Below are positions 11,104-20,451 of a stretch of 64,000 nt of DNA, one piece after another (positions within the stretch are counted from its first letter, which is position 1; each line of letters opens with the position of its first letter). Both the position numbers and the translations under genes were made by a program. The notes beneath the pieces are model-generated. The model was not told where the DNA came from and searched no databases. It saw only the letters and a list, made by a program, of their open reading frames with translations. The DNA is from Candidatus Bathyarchaeota archaeon (GTDB taxonomy: Archaea; Thermoproteota; Bathyarchaeia; 40CM-2-53-6). The stretch lies in the NCBI GenBank assembly GCA_963733055.1, contig CAVTBR010000001.1, positions 320,001 through 384,000 of the forward strand, in the 5' to 3' direction.

Positions 11104-11571
11104 ATGGCATCGTCATCGTCACAGGTGAAGGAAGAGGACGTCGTTCGACAACTCGCGTCCGAGATACGTATCCTCGAAGGATCTATAGGTGTCCTCCAGT
11201 CGAGATTGGATATCGTTCGCGCCGCGATCAACGAAGTCACCTTAGCCTATAACACTCTTGACGGCATGAAGAAACTTGAGACCGGAGAGGCTACCCTTAT
11301 TCCCGTTGGTGCGGGTTCGTACATTAGAATGCAAGTGGCTGATTCGAAGAAACTTGTTATGGGCATAGGGGCTGGAGTAGCGATCGAGAAGGATGTCGAG
11401 AGTTCCGTGGAGGAATTGAAGGGCAGACTTCAAGATCTGGACAAGGCCAGGACCTCGATCCAACAACAACTAGACCAGACAGTCTCCCGGTACCAGCAGG
11501 ATCGAGAAACTATCGAAGAACTGCTAAGGCAACAGTCCCAGCCGTCCCAACCGCAAAGAAGAGCTAGTTGA
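11104..11571 (+). CDS. pfdA: Prefoldin subunit alpha
   Basis: Coiled coils around LIPVGAGSYI and MGIGAGVAIEK hairpins. Confidence 0.95.
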   Translation: MASSSSQVKEEDVVRQLASEIRILEGSIGVLQSRLDIVRAAINEVTLAYNTLDGMKKLETGEATLIPVGAGSYIRMQVADSKKLVMGIGAGVAIEKDVESSVEELKGRLQDLDKARTSIQQQLDQTVSRYQQDRETIEELLRQQSQPSQPQRRAS

Positions 11572-11609
11572 CGCCATATCCAACATAGTCCTCGCTTGTG
11601 CCGTGAGTC

Positions 11610-12515
11610 TTGTTCGAGAAGCTGAGATCAGGCGTTAGCGGCCTAGTTCAAAAGATATCCCAACGAGAATTATCTGACAAAGACATCGGGCAAGTGCTCG
11701 ATGAATTTCTCCTAGTCTTAGTCCAGAACGATGTCGCATATGAGGTTGCACAGAAGATTTGTGACGGCTTACGACAGAAACTTGAGACTACTCAGGTACG
11801 ACGTTTTGCCGACGCTTCCGTGCCGGCAAAAACCGTGCTCCATGACGTTCTGCTTGATCTCTTGAAGGGGAGTGGAGGAGAATCATTCTTCAAGGTGCTG
11901 GACGAGGGCAAGGCTCAGCACAAACCCGTCGTAATACTCTTCGTAGGAGTTAATGGTACGGGGAAGACGAGCACCGTCGCCAAGATAGGTTACCTGCTTC
12001 AGCACAAGGGTTACTCGGTTCTGATAGCCGCCGCCGACACGTACCGTACCGGATCCATAGAACAGATCGAGGAACACGCACGGAGAATTGGGATTAGAAC
12101 CATCAAACATGATTACGGCGGAGATGCAGCCGCGGTTGCGTTTGACGCCTCAAACTTCGCAAACGCCCATGGCACGAACGCCGTCCTGATAGATACGGCG
12201 GGGAGGATGCAGACGAACAAGAACCTCCTCGAGGAAATGAAGAAGATCAGTCGAGTGGCCAAGCCCAGCATCACCATCCTTGTCGTGGACGCGTTGACTG
12301 GAAATGATGCTGTCGAGCAGGGTCGAACATTTTCAGAAGCCGTGAACATAGACGGCGTGATACTCACGAAACTTGACGCCGACGCGAAAGGTGGAAGCGC
12401 CATATCGATGGCGACCATAATCGGTAAACCCATCCTCTTCGCCACCGTTGGGCAGGGTTACGAAGACATAATCCCCTTCGAACCAGAACAAATGGTCGAG
12501 AAGATCGTCGGCTAG
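11610..12515 (+). CDS. ftsY: SRP receptor FtsY
   Basis: GVNGTGKTS, DTYR, DTAGR, TKLDADAKGG. Confidence 0.97.
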   Translation: MFEKLRSGVSGLVQKISQRELSDKDIGQVLDEFLLVLVQNDVAYEVAQKICDGLRQKLETTQVRRFADASVPAKTVLHDVLLDLLKGSGGESFFKVLDEGKAQHKPVVILFVGVNGTGKTSTVAKIGYLLQHKGYSVLIAAADTYRTGSIEQIEEHARRIGIRTIKHDYGGDAAAVAFDASNFANAHGTNAVLIDTAGRMQTNKNLLEEMKKISRVAKPSITILVVDALTGNDAVEQGRTFSEAVNIDGVILTKLDADAKGGSAISMATIIGKPILFATVGQGYEDIIPFEPEQMVEKIVG

Positions 12516-12526
12516 GCGAAAGACAA

Positions 12527-13327
12527 GTGGCCGTGCTTATTATTGCCTCTAAGCGCGACCCGGCAGCCCAGAACATCGCGCAGCAGTTGACTCAGTTGCA
12601 CAATTTTCAGGAAACTCCGACTAAGGATCTATTTCGGGCGGGTGAGGTTTTCCTCAAACATGTCGAGACGGACGGGATTTACACTGACAAGCTGGGCGTA
12701 GATTTCGCTCCTGAGGCGGTAATCTTTGCCTCGAGGCATCGTAGCGAGAGCAACGAACCCGCCATGACGACTCATTGGACTGGAAATACAACTGGGCGTG
12801 CCGATTTCGGCGGCAAACCCAAGAGCCTCTCATCCACAGACCCCAAGCGCCTCCGCGCCGCATTATTAGCACTGGATTCGGCTCGAGAAGCGAGGAAGTT
12901 GAACTACGCCGTTACCCTGGAAGCGACACACCATGGCCCCACCGAACTTGGGATACCAACCCTCTTCGTGGAGATAGGGAGCACGGACAAGGAGTGGAAC
13001 GATCAAGAGGCCGGAGCGGCAGCGAGCGAGGCAATTTGGAAAGCAGCGACTGACCCTACCAACGGTAAGGCTGCCGTCGGATTTGGCGGGGGACATTACT
13101 GTAACAAACACTGCGACGCCCTGCGACAGGATGGGTATGCATTCAGTCACATTTTCTCAAAGTACTTCTTTGCAGATTACGATGGATCATTGATTCGTAT
13201 GGCGTTCGACAAAACGTTGGGTGAATGCCGAACCGCCACCATAGATTGGAAAGGCATCCGCGGTTCCGAGAGAGCAGTACTGCTTGCCGATCTGAAGCAG
13301 ATGAATGTTGAAATTATCCGTGTGTAG
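12527..13327 (+). CDS. dtdA: D-aminoacyl-tRNA deacylase (archaeal DTD2)
   Basis: SRHRSE, EATHHGPT, FVEIGS, GFGGGHY. Confidence 0.93.
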   Translation: MAVLIIASKRDPAAQNIAQQLTQLHNFQETPTKDLFRAGEVFLKHVETDGIYTDKLGVDFAPEAVIFASRHRSESNEPAMTTHWTGNTTGRADFGGKPKSLSSTDPKRLRAALLALDSAREARKLNYAVTLEATHHGPTELGIPTLFVEIGSTDKEWNDQEAGAAASEAIWKAATDPTNGKAAVGFGGGHYCNKHCDALRQDGYAFSHIFSKYFFADYDGSLIRMAFDKTLGECRTATIDWKGIRGSERAVLLADLKQMNVEIIRV

Positions 13328-13403
13328 TTTCAAAGGTTAAAATAGAGGGCTTTTCATTTTCAACACGAAATCGTTCCAAGCGAAAAATCCAGAGGGACAA
13401 TAA

Positions 13404-13610
13404 GTGAACGCACAAGAATTCTGGGATTCAACCAAACGTCTACTTCATGTCACAACCAAGCCGTCACGGGATGAGGTGTCGTTGATGGTGAAGATCAGCT
13501 TTCTAGGAGTAGCAATCGTGGGCTCGCTTGGGTTCATCATACGAGTTCTCTTTCTGTTCTTCAATTTGCTCCCGGCAACGGCGACCGGGACCGCCGGAGC
13601 CTCACCTTGA
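13404..13610 (+). CDS. secE: Protein translocase SecE/Sec61 gamma
   Basis: TKPSRDE followed by one TM helix, upstream of spt5. Confidence 0.9.
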   Translation: MNAQEFWDSTKRLLHVTTKPSRDEVSLMVKISFLGVAIVGSLGFIIRVLFLFFNLLPATATGTAGASP

Positions 13611-14104
13611 TGAGCTCCGAGCGTAAGATGCTCATCTACGCCGTCAGAACCACCAGCGGCCAAGAAAGGACGGTCGTAGACCTTATCGCATCCAGGATAG
13701 GTTTGAAGAAACTCCCAATCGTAAGCATCCTAGCGCCCGACGTGGTTAAAGGGTACATTTTCGTGGAAGCGGCCGGGCCCCATTACGTGGACGACCTTAT
13801 CGCCGGCGTACGGCACGCGCGGGCGCGGACGAAAGGCGTGATTTCTGCTGAAGCCTTAGACCGGTTCATTGTTACAAAACCCGTAATCGAAGACCTGAAG
13901 AGCGGAGATTCCGTGGAAGTCATCAGCGGTCCGTTTAGAGGGTTGAAAGCGCGGATTACGAATGTTGACAAGTTGAAGGAGGAAGTGACGATTGAACTCT
14001 TGGAAGAGGGGTTCGCGACGCTTCCGATTACCGTGCATGCTGACTACGTGAAGCTAACCGCTAGAGGAAGTGCACCTGCAGTTGGGCGAGAAGAAGCAAG
14101 TTGA
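13607..14104 (+). CDS. spt5: Transcription elongation factor Spt5
   Basis: RTTSGQE, KGYIFVEA, KOW motif VEVISGPFRG. Confidence 0.96.
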   Translation: MMSSERKMLIYAVRTTSGQERTVVDLIASRIGLKKLPIVSILAPDVVKGYIFVEAAGPHYVDDLIAGVRHARARTKGVISAEALDRFIVTKPVIEDLKSGDSVEVISGPFRGLKARITNVDKLKEEVTIELLEEGFATLPITVHADYVKLTARGSAPAVGREEAS

Positions 14105-14572
14105 AGCTCTGTTAAACGGAGGGGAGGCTAATGCGGGCCCGCCCTTAGGACCAGCGTTGGGTCCCTTAGGAGTGAATGTGCTCCAGATCGTCAACCGGAT
14201 AAACGAACTGACCAAAGCCTACGCGGGCATGAAAGTGCCCGTCCGCGTCGTGGTCGACGTCGACACGAAGGAATTCGAGGTCGATATCGGAACACCCACT
14301 ACATCAGCCCTAGTCGTAAAGGAACTTGGAATCGCGAAAGGATCCGGCAACCCCAAGGCGGAAAAAGTTGGAAACCTCACCATGGAACAAGTCGCCAAGA
14401 TAGGTGCAATGAAAATGCCGAGCAGCTACGCGAAGTCTACCAAGGCCGCCGCGAAAGAAGTCATGGGAACCTGTGTCAGCCTAGGAATAACGATCGACGG
14501 CAAGGACCCGCCGAGGCCCAGAAAGAACTGGACCAAGGCAAATGGGACGAGCTGTTCCAAAAAGCCAAGTAA
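14082..14572 (+). CDS. rpl11: 50S ribosomal protein L11, apparent 1-nt deletion at 14507-14509
   Basis: GGEANAGPPLGPALGPLGVN. Adding one C to the CCC run restores a typical end, DPAEAQKELDQGKWDELFQKAK*. Confidence 0.95.
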
Positions 14573-14839
14573 TGACTGTAGATAAGTTGCCTTAACCTCT
14601 TCTGACGGTGAACTCGCCTGAGCGCCGTCCGCCTGTAGCATGAGTCGAGTAGTTTCGAGGAGCGAGCTAGCCTTCGTAGGAGAGACGGGTGGCCCCGCAT
14701 TCATACGGTCGCGAGCGTGACGCCCCGCGTCAGCTCTTTGAGGTCGTGAGGCGCGAAGCTCGCGAGCCGGGATTGTTCGCTCGCAAGCTCCGGACCACAA
14801 AAATCATATCCCGCGACGGACCTCCACCGCGCCGAGACG

Positions 14840-15225
14840 ATGAAAGCCAAATTCCTCTACACTGGAATCCGCGTGAAGGACCTCGAGGCGTCCGAGAAGT
14901 TTTACACGACCGTCCTCGGGATGAAGGTGCGCAGCCGAAACCCGAACGCCGCGGGAAAGGGGCCGTCGTCGAGCTCATCAGCGAAGAGGGCGGTGATACC
15001 CTCGAGCTCAACCGCTACGAGAAGGGCAGCCCGTTCGACACGAAGTACGAGGTCGGAGAGGGGCTGGACCACCTCGCGTTCGTGGTCAAGGACCTCGACA
15101 CCGCACTCGCGGAGGCGAAGATGGCGGGCCATCCGGTGGTCCAAGAAATGCGGGAGCCCGGGAGCCGCTACGCGTACATCCAGGACCCGAACGGGATCTG
15201 GATCGAGCTCTGCCAGTTCGGCTGA
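14840..15225 (+). CDS. VOC/glyoxalase-family protein, apparent 1-nt deletion at 14959-14962
   Basis: YTGIRVKDLEASEKFY joins, after a one-base shift, to LELNRY...DHLAFVVKD...QDPNGIWIEL. Confidence 0.85.
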
Positions 15226-15278
15226 GCTCTGAAGGCGAGCCTATGCGACCCGGGCCTCTTCCAACAAGAGCACTTAGT

Positions 15279-15938
15279 TTAGAGTCCCAGTGTTCGACTG
15301 ATTTGCATTAGTTCCGCACCGCGCGTCAACGCGCCCACGACAGCCCCTTTTGAGTTGGCGAGGATTCCCGACTTAACGAATGGCACGCCCCCGTTCGTTG
15401 AACTAACGTCTGTCTCAACATGCAGAGCGGATCTGACCACTTCGAGTTCCTCCAGTGAGGTGTTCGGGCTAAGCATGGCTCCCTTGTTCGTTGCTACGCC
15501 TAGTGCCCCCACGAATGATAATGTACCCAACTTGCCGAATGCTGACTCAACCTTCAATTCGTCATTTACCGCCCTCACGACATGTGATGAGGCGTCTGGA
15601 TGTACAACGGCGCCCTTATCGTTGGCTAAAATGACGTTACCTAGCGCAGTCCATCTAGAATCTACCATTACAACTTTCATGAATTCTTGTATTCTATTCA
15701 ACTCATAGTCTTGAATCGTGTGCGGTACTAGGATAGCATTGGAGTTCCCAGTAACTAGTGCTCCCACCAGAGTGGAGCTAGCAATCGTTGTACTGCAGAC
15801 TTCAACGCCTAGCGTCTCGGCGAACTGGCTGAGTTTATGTTTCGTCATGCCTGGAGGAACGATGGCAATCTTCTCATTTGCGAAGCAGTAAACGCCGATG
15901 TTCGGACTGCCGAATACGTCTGCGAGGATTATGGGCAT
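15279..15938 (-). CDS. eif6: Translation initiation factor aIF-6
   Basis: FGSPNIGVY, ALGNVILAND, ANSKGAVVG repeats. Confidence 0.95.
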   Translation of the reverse strand: MPIILADVFGSPNIGVYCFANEKIAIVPPGMTKHKLSQFAETLGVEVCSTTIASSTLVGALVTGNSNAILVPHTIQDYELNRIQEFMKVVMVDSRWTALGNVILANDKGAVVHPDASSHVVRAVNDELKVESAFGKLGTLSFVGALGVATNKGAMLSPNTSLEELEVVRSALHVETDVSSTNGGVPFVKSGILANSKGAVVGALTRGAELMQISRTLGL

Positions 15939-15975
15939 TCCGAATTTACCACGCACGAACCAGCGAATCGGTTGC

Positions 15976-16422
15976 TTAGGTCTTCGCCGGGTAAACTATG
16001 ACTTTGCCTTCCTTGTCTTTTACGGCGCGAACAGTGATCTTTCGCGGTGGTTTGTTGATGCTTCGCGCCCACAGTTCCGAATTAATCTCGTTACTGATAG
16101 CGACTTCGTCCGCTTTCATGTGTCGAGCGACGAAATCTCTCACATCCCTAACAGCCCGGGGTGCTCTTTTTCCGCGCGGAGTGACGACGTGGACATGGCG
16201 TAGTGAGATTGTGTAGACCTTCTCTTCGACGACTTCAATTTCTTCTTCACCCTCAGCGGTGGGTTCGGCCTCAGCCGCAGCGGGAAGAGTTTCCGCTGGT
16301 GCTTCTGCCTCTTCTTCGGGGGCGGTTGTTTCCTCCGTTGTGGGCTCTTCTGTTGGTGCTTCTTCGACTTCTTCTTCCTCGGCTTCGACGACGTTCTCTT
16401 CCTTAGACTCAGTTTCGCTCAT
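15976..16422 (-). CDS. rpl31e: 50S ribosomal protein L31e with acidic N-terminal extension
   Basis: KRAPRAV, RHMK, WARSINKPPRKITV. Confidence 0.95.
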   Translation of the reverse strand: MSETESKEENVVEAEEEEVEEAPTEEPTTEETTAPEEEAEAPAETLPAAAEAEPTAEGEEEIEVVEEKVYTISLRHVHVVTPRGKRAPRAVRDVRDFVARHMKADEVAISNEINSELWARSINKPPRKITVRAVKDKEGKVIVYPAKT

Positions 16423-16438
16423 TCACTTTTCTCCTCCT

Positions 16439-16594
16439 CTAAGCTTTCAGCTTCGTTCTGCGCCATTGCCTTTTCTTCGGGTGAGTTCTGGTGTGACCGT
16501 CAGTTTTCGCCATTACCCAGGTTGGAACGGGTTTACGAGTTTTGCCGGCTGCGGCGAGTCTTCGTTTTCTCGCGGTTGGTTTGTTTCTCGCCAT
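16439..16594 (-). CDS. rpl39e: 50S ribosomal protein L39e (not in ORF track)
   Basis: Manual translation [51 protein letters not shown]. Confidence 0.96.
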   Translation of the reverse strand: MARNKPTARKRRLAAAGKTRKPVPTWVMAKTDGHTRTHPKKRQWRRTKLKA

Positions 16595-16597
16595 GGT

Positions 16598-16948
16598 CTA
16601 GGCTCTCCGAATTCGAATTTCCTTTCGTGACGACTGCAATCGTCCCAACGCTTCCTTAAGTTGATCGTCCGAGATCGGAACCTTGACCCTGCCGCTTTGT
16701 GCGAGTTGTATGAGTTGCATTTCTACCTGTTCCGCGAATTCTGGTTTTACCATTCGTATGTTTGTTAACCTTTGTCTTGCCTCGGGAGTCATGATTTGTT
16801 TTAGGGCTGCCTGTTTTTGGGCTTCAAATTGTCTTCGAGATTCTGATTGTCTTTGTTCATCTAATGCGGCGCGTTGAAGGTCCGAGTATCTCCTTCGCCT
16901 GATTTCTGTGAGTTCTTCGTCGGAGTAGTCCTCATCATTGCTCATCAT
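16598..16948 (-). CDS. PDCD5/TFAR19-family DNA-binding protein
   Basis: MTPEARQRLTNIRMVKPEFAEQVE, conserved position after rps19e. Confidence 0.93.
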   Translation of the reverse strand: MMSNDEDYSDEELTEIRRRRYSDLQRAALDEQRQSESRRQFEAQKQAALKQIMTPEARQRLTNIRMVKPEFAEQVEMQLIQLAQSGRVKVPISDDQLKEALGRLQSSRKEIRIRRA

Positions 16949-17391
16949 TACTGGCCTTCCGTCTTCCTGGCACCTTTGAGAATGTCGGCGGCCATTCGGT
17001 TTAGAAGACTAATGCCCTCGGCTGTGAGTTTTCTGCCTTGTTTCGCCTCGATTGATATGAAACCGGCCTTCTGGAGTTGCTGCAACGGTTCCCGGATAGC
17101 TGAACCACCCGAAACGCGAGAATGTTCAATATGAGTCCCATGGCGAAGGCGCCCCCCGTATTCGACCCGTAGACGAGCTATCCCGACCGGACCGTGAACG
17201 TACAATTTTCGTAGGAGTGAGGCGCAACGGGTGTACCACCAATCTGGGTTAGAGGGTGGGCGTTCCCGGTGAGATCCTGTCTTCGCGTTTGCCGCCCAAA
17301 CAGGTGGGGCGACTTCACCTACGTTCTCTTTGAGGAATTTCGACAGCCGGTCGATTAAGTCATTCGAAGGAACATCTAGTGGCGTTGGCAT
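16948..17391 (-). CDS. rps19e: 30S ribosomal protein S19e
   Basis: KTGSHRERPP, DWWYTRCASLLRKLY. Confidence 0.97.
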   Translation of the reverse strand: MPTPLDVPSNDLIDRLSKFLKENVGEVAPPVWAANAKTGSHRERPPSNPDWWYTRCASLLRKLYVHGPVGIARLRVEYGGRLRHGTHIEHSRVSGGSAIREPLQQLQKAGFISIEAKQGRKLTAEGISLLNRMAADILKGARKTEGQ

Positions 17392-17449
17392 GGAATTTTC
17401 CGGCTGATAGGGAAGAGGCTAGATTCGGAGAGCGCCATATAAGTTTGCT

Positions 17450-17728
17450 TTACCATTTGTATCGCGGTTTGAAGGGGACTTCAGCGCTTTTTGCAACTTT
17501 CTGAACTTCTTTTCGTTTGTAAACCGTAAAGGTGTGTCCCATAACTTCGACCAATGTCGAACCGGTAGATGCAACAACTCTTTGGGCCAAGTCAGTCGTC
17601 CCAGTCTCCGAAAGGGCCGACTTCTGAATCTTCAATTTGACTAGTTCGCGGGACTTTAACTGATTCGCCACCTGTTTCATTAAAGCCTCTGACGCGCCCT
17701 CCTTCCCAATCCAGATCGTTGGGTCCAT
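17450..17728 (-). CDS. YhbY/CRM-domain RNA-binding protein
   Basis: PTIWIGKEG, ELVKLKI, GHTFTVYK. True start may lie further upstream, overlapping rnp4. Confidence 0.85.
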   Translation of the reverse strand: MDPTIWIGKEGASEALMKQVANQLKSRELVKLKIQKSALSETGTTDLAQRVVASTGSTLVEVMGHTFTVYKRKEVQKVAKSAEVPFKPRYKW

Positions 17729-17754
17729 TTTTCTCGACCTGGATTGTAGTCGTC

Positions 17755-18111
17755 TTAACCGTTTTGTTTCGAACGCCGTTCCCTCACTGTTGGGTATCTC
17801 TTCTTTGTTCCGCAATCCAGGCAGGTAATTAAGACCGTTGTCCCAGCTTCGGATCTCGTCCTCACTCGACAATTCACCCCAGGAACAAGAAAGCTTCCGC
17901 AACCTTTGCAGATTCTGAGTTTTTGTTCCCTCGTTAATCGAACGCCGGCCTTCATGCCGACTTTCTGTGCGAGTTCGATGTACCGTTTCGCGAGGGTTGG
18001 ATCGGAGGGGAAGGTTGTCTTGGCTTGATTGAATAGGATCTCTATTCTCTGGCGTGCAATCTCCCTTACGTTTCCACCCCGTCTCCAAGCCAAGGAACCA
18101 ACTCGCCCCAA
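17755..18111 (-). CDS. rnp4: RNase P protein component 4 (Rpp21)
   Basis: IARQRIEILF, CKGC and CLDC zinc ribbon, KRYP. Confidence 0.93.
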   Translation of the reverse strand: MGRVGSLAWRRGGNVREIARQRIEILFNQAKTTFPSDPTLAKRYIELAQKVGMKAGVRLTREQKLRICKGCGSFLVPGVNCRVRTRSEAGTTVLITCLDCGTKKRYPTVRERRSKQNG

Positions 18112-18175
18112 CTCTCTCGAAATGGTCTTGTAACCTTTTTGTGGGCTGGCTGGAGAGAGTTAGTCTGATGCATCG

Positions 18176-18898
18176 TTGGCCTTGACCTTCGTACTAGTCG
18201 AATCGGCTCTTCAACTTGTTCCACATGAGATTCAATCGCATCCACAAATCAAAAGCTACGCTGAGCGGCGAGAGAAGAAACCGAACGAAGTCCTGCTTGA
18301 CCGAGCGTTCCACCATGCCGCGATGCAGAAACTGGCACGGAAAGGGTACCGTGTCCCGGTGGAAAAGATGGGTAGGCCGGATATAGTTCACAACGTTCTG
18401 CTTCAGATTCTTGAGACTCCCCTCAACTGGGAGGGAGGGCTACGCGTTTTCGTTCACACCCAAGACGGTTACGTGATTTCAGTAAACCCCAAGATACGCC
18501 TGCCAAAGAACTACGTCCGATTTGACGGGCTTATCGAGCAGCTGTTCGCCCAGAAACGAGTCCCGGAGGAGGGAGAACCGTTGATGCAGATCGAGAAGAG
18601 CACGTTGAATCAACTCGTGCGCAATGTTGGGGTGAGCGATGTGCTTGGATTCAGCATCCTCGGGAAACCAACCCTGATGCGTAGTGTCGCCGAACGCGCA
18701 AGCAAACTCCAGAACCCCGCGGTGTTCGTCGGTGGTTTCCCGCGTGGGCATTTTCGAGACAAGACGCGAAGCCTGTTAAACGAGATATGGTCCGTGGACC
18801 GTGAATCACTGGACGCTTGGGTGGTCGCGGGCCGTTTCGTTTATGACTTCGAATGGTGCATAGGCGTCGCCCAGAACCGAACGAAGAAACCGAAATGA
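18176..18898 (+). CDS. nep1: 16S rRNA pseudouridine methyltransferase Nep1/Emg1
   Basis: GRPDIVH, RLPKNYVRF, VGGFPRGHF. Confidence 0.94.
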   Translation: MALTFVLVESALQLVPHEIQSHPQIKSYAERREKKPNEVLLDRAFHHAAMQKLARKGYRVPVEKMGRPDIVHNVLLQILETPLNWEGGLRVFVHTQDGYVISVNPKIRLPKNYVRFDGLIEQLFAQKRVPEEGEPLMQIEKSTLNQLVRNVGVSDVLGFSILGKPTLMRSVAERASKLQNPAVFVGGFPRGHFRDKTRSLLNEIWSVDRESLDAWVVAGRFVYDFEWCIGVAQNRTKKPK

Positions 18899-18904
18899 TT
18901 GCTT

Positions 18905-19279
18905 ATGACCAATGACTCGGAGCTAGAACGGCTGAAGCGTCAACGCTTAGCAGATATGCAGAAGCGGATGACAGCGAAGCAACAGAGCACCTCCGCGCCT
19001 GGAAGGACCGAACCGACTAAGGTTTTCGAAAAGGTCTTCGTGGGGCGTGCCTGGGAAGTATACCACGCAGCTAGGGCTCAATATCCGGTGATTGCGGATC
19101 AGGTTTTCCAAGAACTGGCCGGGCTAATTCAGTTTGGCCAAGTGAAGGGGCAGATAACTGGGGAACAGTTGTTCGGGTTACTTCGCCAAATTGGGATGGA
19201 TGTTCGGTTGGATACGAAGATTCAAGTTCTGGAACACGGCGAATTGAAATCAATAGCCGACAAATTCAAAGGCGGTTAA
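18905..19279 (+). CDS. Second, divergent PDCD5-like protein
   Basis: DSELERLKRQRL N-terminus and ITGEQLFGLLRQIG helix resemble the dsDNA-binding PDCD5 family. Confidence 0.65.
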   Translation: MTNDSELERLKRQRLADMQKRMTAKQQSTSAPGRTEPTKVFEKVFVGRAWEVYHAARAQYPVIADQVFQELAGLIQFGQVKGQITGEQLFGLLRQIGMDVRLDTKIQVLEHGELKSIADKFKGG

Positions 19280-19473
19280 GGCAGAGTATCCCTAGGCAGC
19301 TTCTCGGTTTCATGGGGCTTTCCGTCCCCGGGATCCACGAAGAGCTTCCCGCATTTCTCGCAACGCCAAGCTTCAAAATCCTTCACATACCCCGGAGCCG
19401 CGCTCTCTAACCGAACGTCCATGAGGTATCTGGCAACAAAATCCATCGGCAGACCGCAGTATGGACATTTCAT
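19276..19473 (-). CDS. Small zinc-ribbon protein
   Basis: CPYC and CEKC motifs, ATG start. Confidence 0.65.
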   Translation of the reverse strand: MKCPYCGLPMDFVARYLMDVRLESAAPGYVKDFEAWRCEKCGKLFVDPGDGKPHETEKLPRDTLP

Positions 19474-19630
19474 AATCTTTTCAGATTCCTATGGCTGGAC
19501 CGTTTCGACTCTATCTTCCATTCATGGTATGGACTCGCATGGAGCAGATGAATGGAAGCGTCTTGCACGAGACGGAACTCCATATATAATCTCACTATGA
19601 TACGTCGGGTAGGAAACGAGGAATTGACCA

Positions 19631-19996
19631 GTGGCGTCATCACCATCTAACTCGGAGAAAATTAGGTCGGCGGTTACTTGGCCGGCCGTTGTTTGGATCA
19701 TAACAATCGTCCTATTCAGGGTAGCCGCGCTCGTGGACCCAGCTGCGGGTGCGGAGCTTTCAGCCAATATCTACTCGATCGCTACCACCCTGGGCCTGCT
19801 GCTCGCCGTGTGGGCGGGTTTCGGAGTGAAGATGGCCAAAGGGTCGGTACAGGAAGCGATTCTTGCGGGAGTCGTTGTCGGCTTGGCGTTCGCGGTTCCC
19901 AGCGTGATCATCTTCGGCCTAGGATTTGTCGGAGCCGCGATCAACGTGACGATCTTCTCGCTCGCAGCCTCATGGGCAGCCTGGGGATTGAAGTAA
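19631..19996 (+). CDS. Small integral membrane protein
   Basis: About four hydrophobic helices. Confidence 0.65.
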   Translation: MASSPSNSEKIRSAVTWPAVVWIITIVLFRVAALVDPAAGAELSANIYSIATTLGLLLAVWAGFGVKMAKGSVQEAILAGVVVGLAFAVPSVIIFGLGFVGAAINVTIFSLAASWAAWGLK

Positions 19997-20451
19997 GACA
20001 AATACAGACTCCATCCCCCTTCTTTCCACGACATCCGTACCTCCCCCATTCATGCCGATCCGAAGCCGACCCCCTCGCCTGTAACTGTATGAGAGCTGCA
20101 CAACTCTTCACTGGGTAAGCGCGTACCCTTCAACCCAATCCAGTTGGAGCGGATCTGGACGGAGGGCTTTCAGTAGTTTAGGGGCTTTTGTCCACAGGGT
20201 AGGCGTGGCATTACTGTATAACCCTGTTATACACTCATGTAAAGTTCAAGGGTTGTCCATCAGCCGTCGGGAAGTCCAATATGCACCGTTTGACAGCCCG
20301 ATCCACATCCAAAAGAAGACTTTACCATCGTTACGAGGGCGTTCCGGTGGGATGCCGACCATTCTTCTCTTAAGAGTACATGTCCAAGAAGTAGAATGTA
20401 CCACAAGAGCTCAAGATTGTCGGTTGCCATAGGTTACGTTAGTGATTGTAA

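Noticed and set aside
14510-14585. Apparently novel L11 C-terminus PRPRKNWTKANG...
   Set aside because: Product of a 1-nt deletion; the normal end is in the adjacent frame
14689-14960. N-terminal half of the 178-aa ORF
   Set aside because: The real N-terminus is in the 14840 frame
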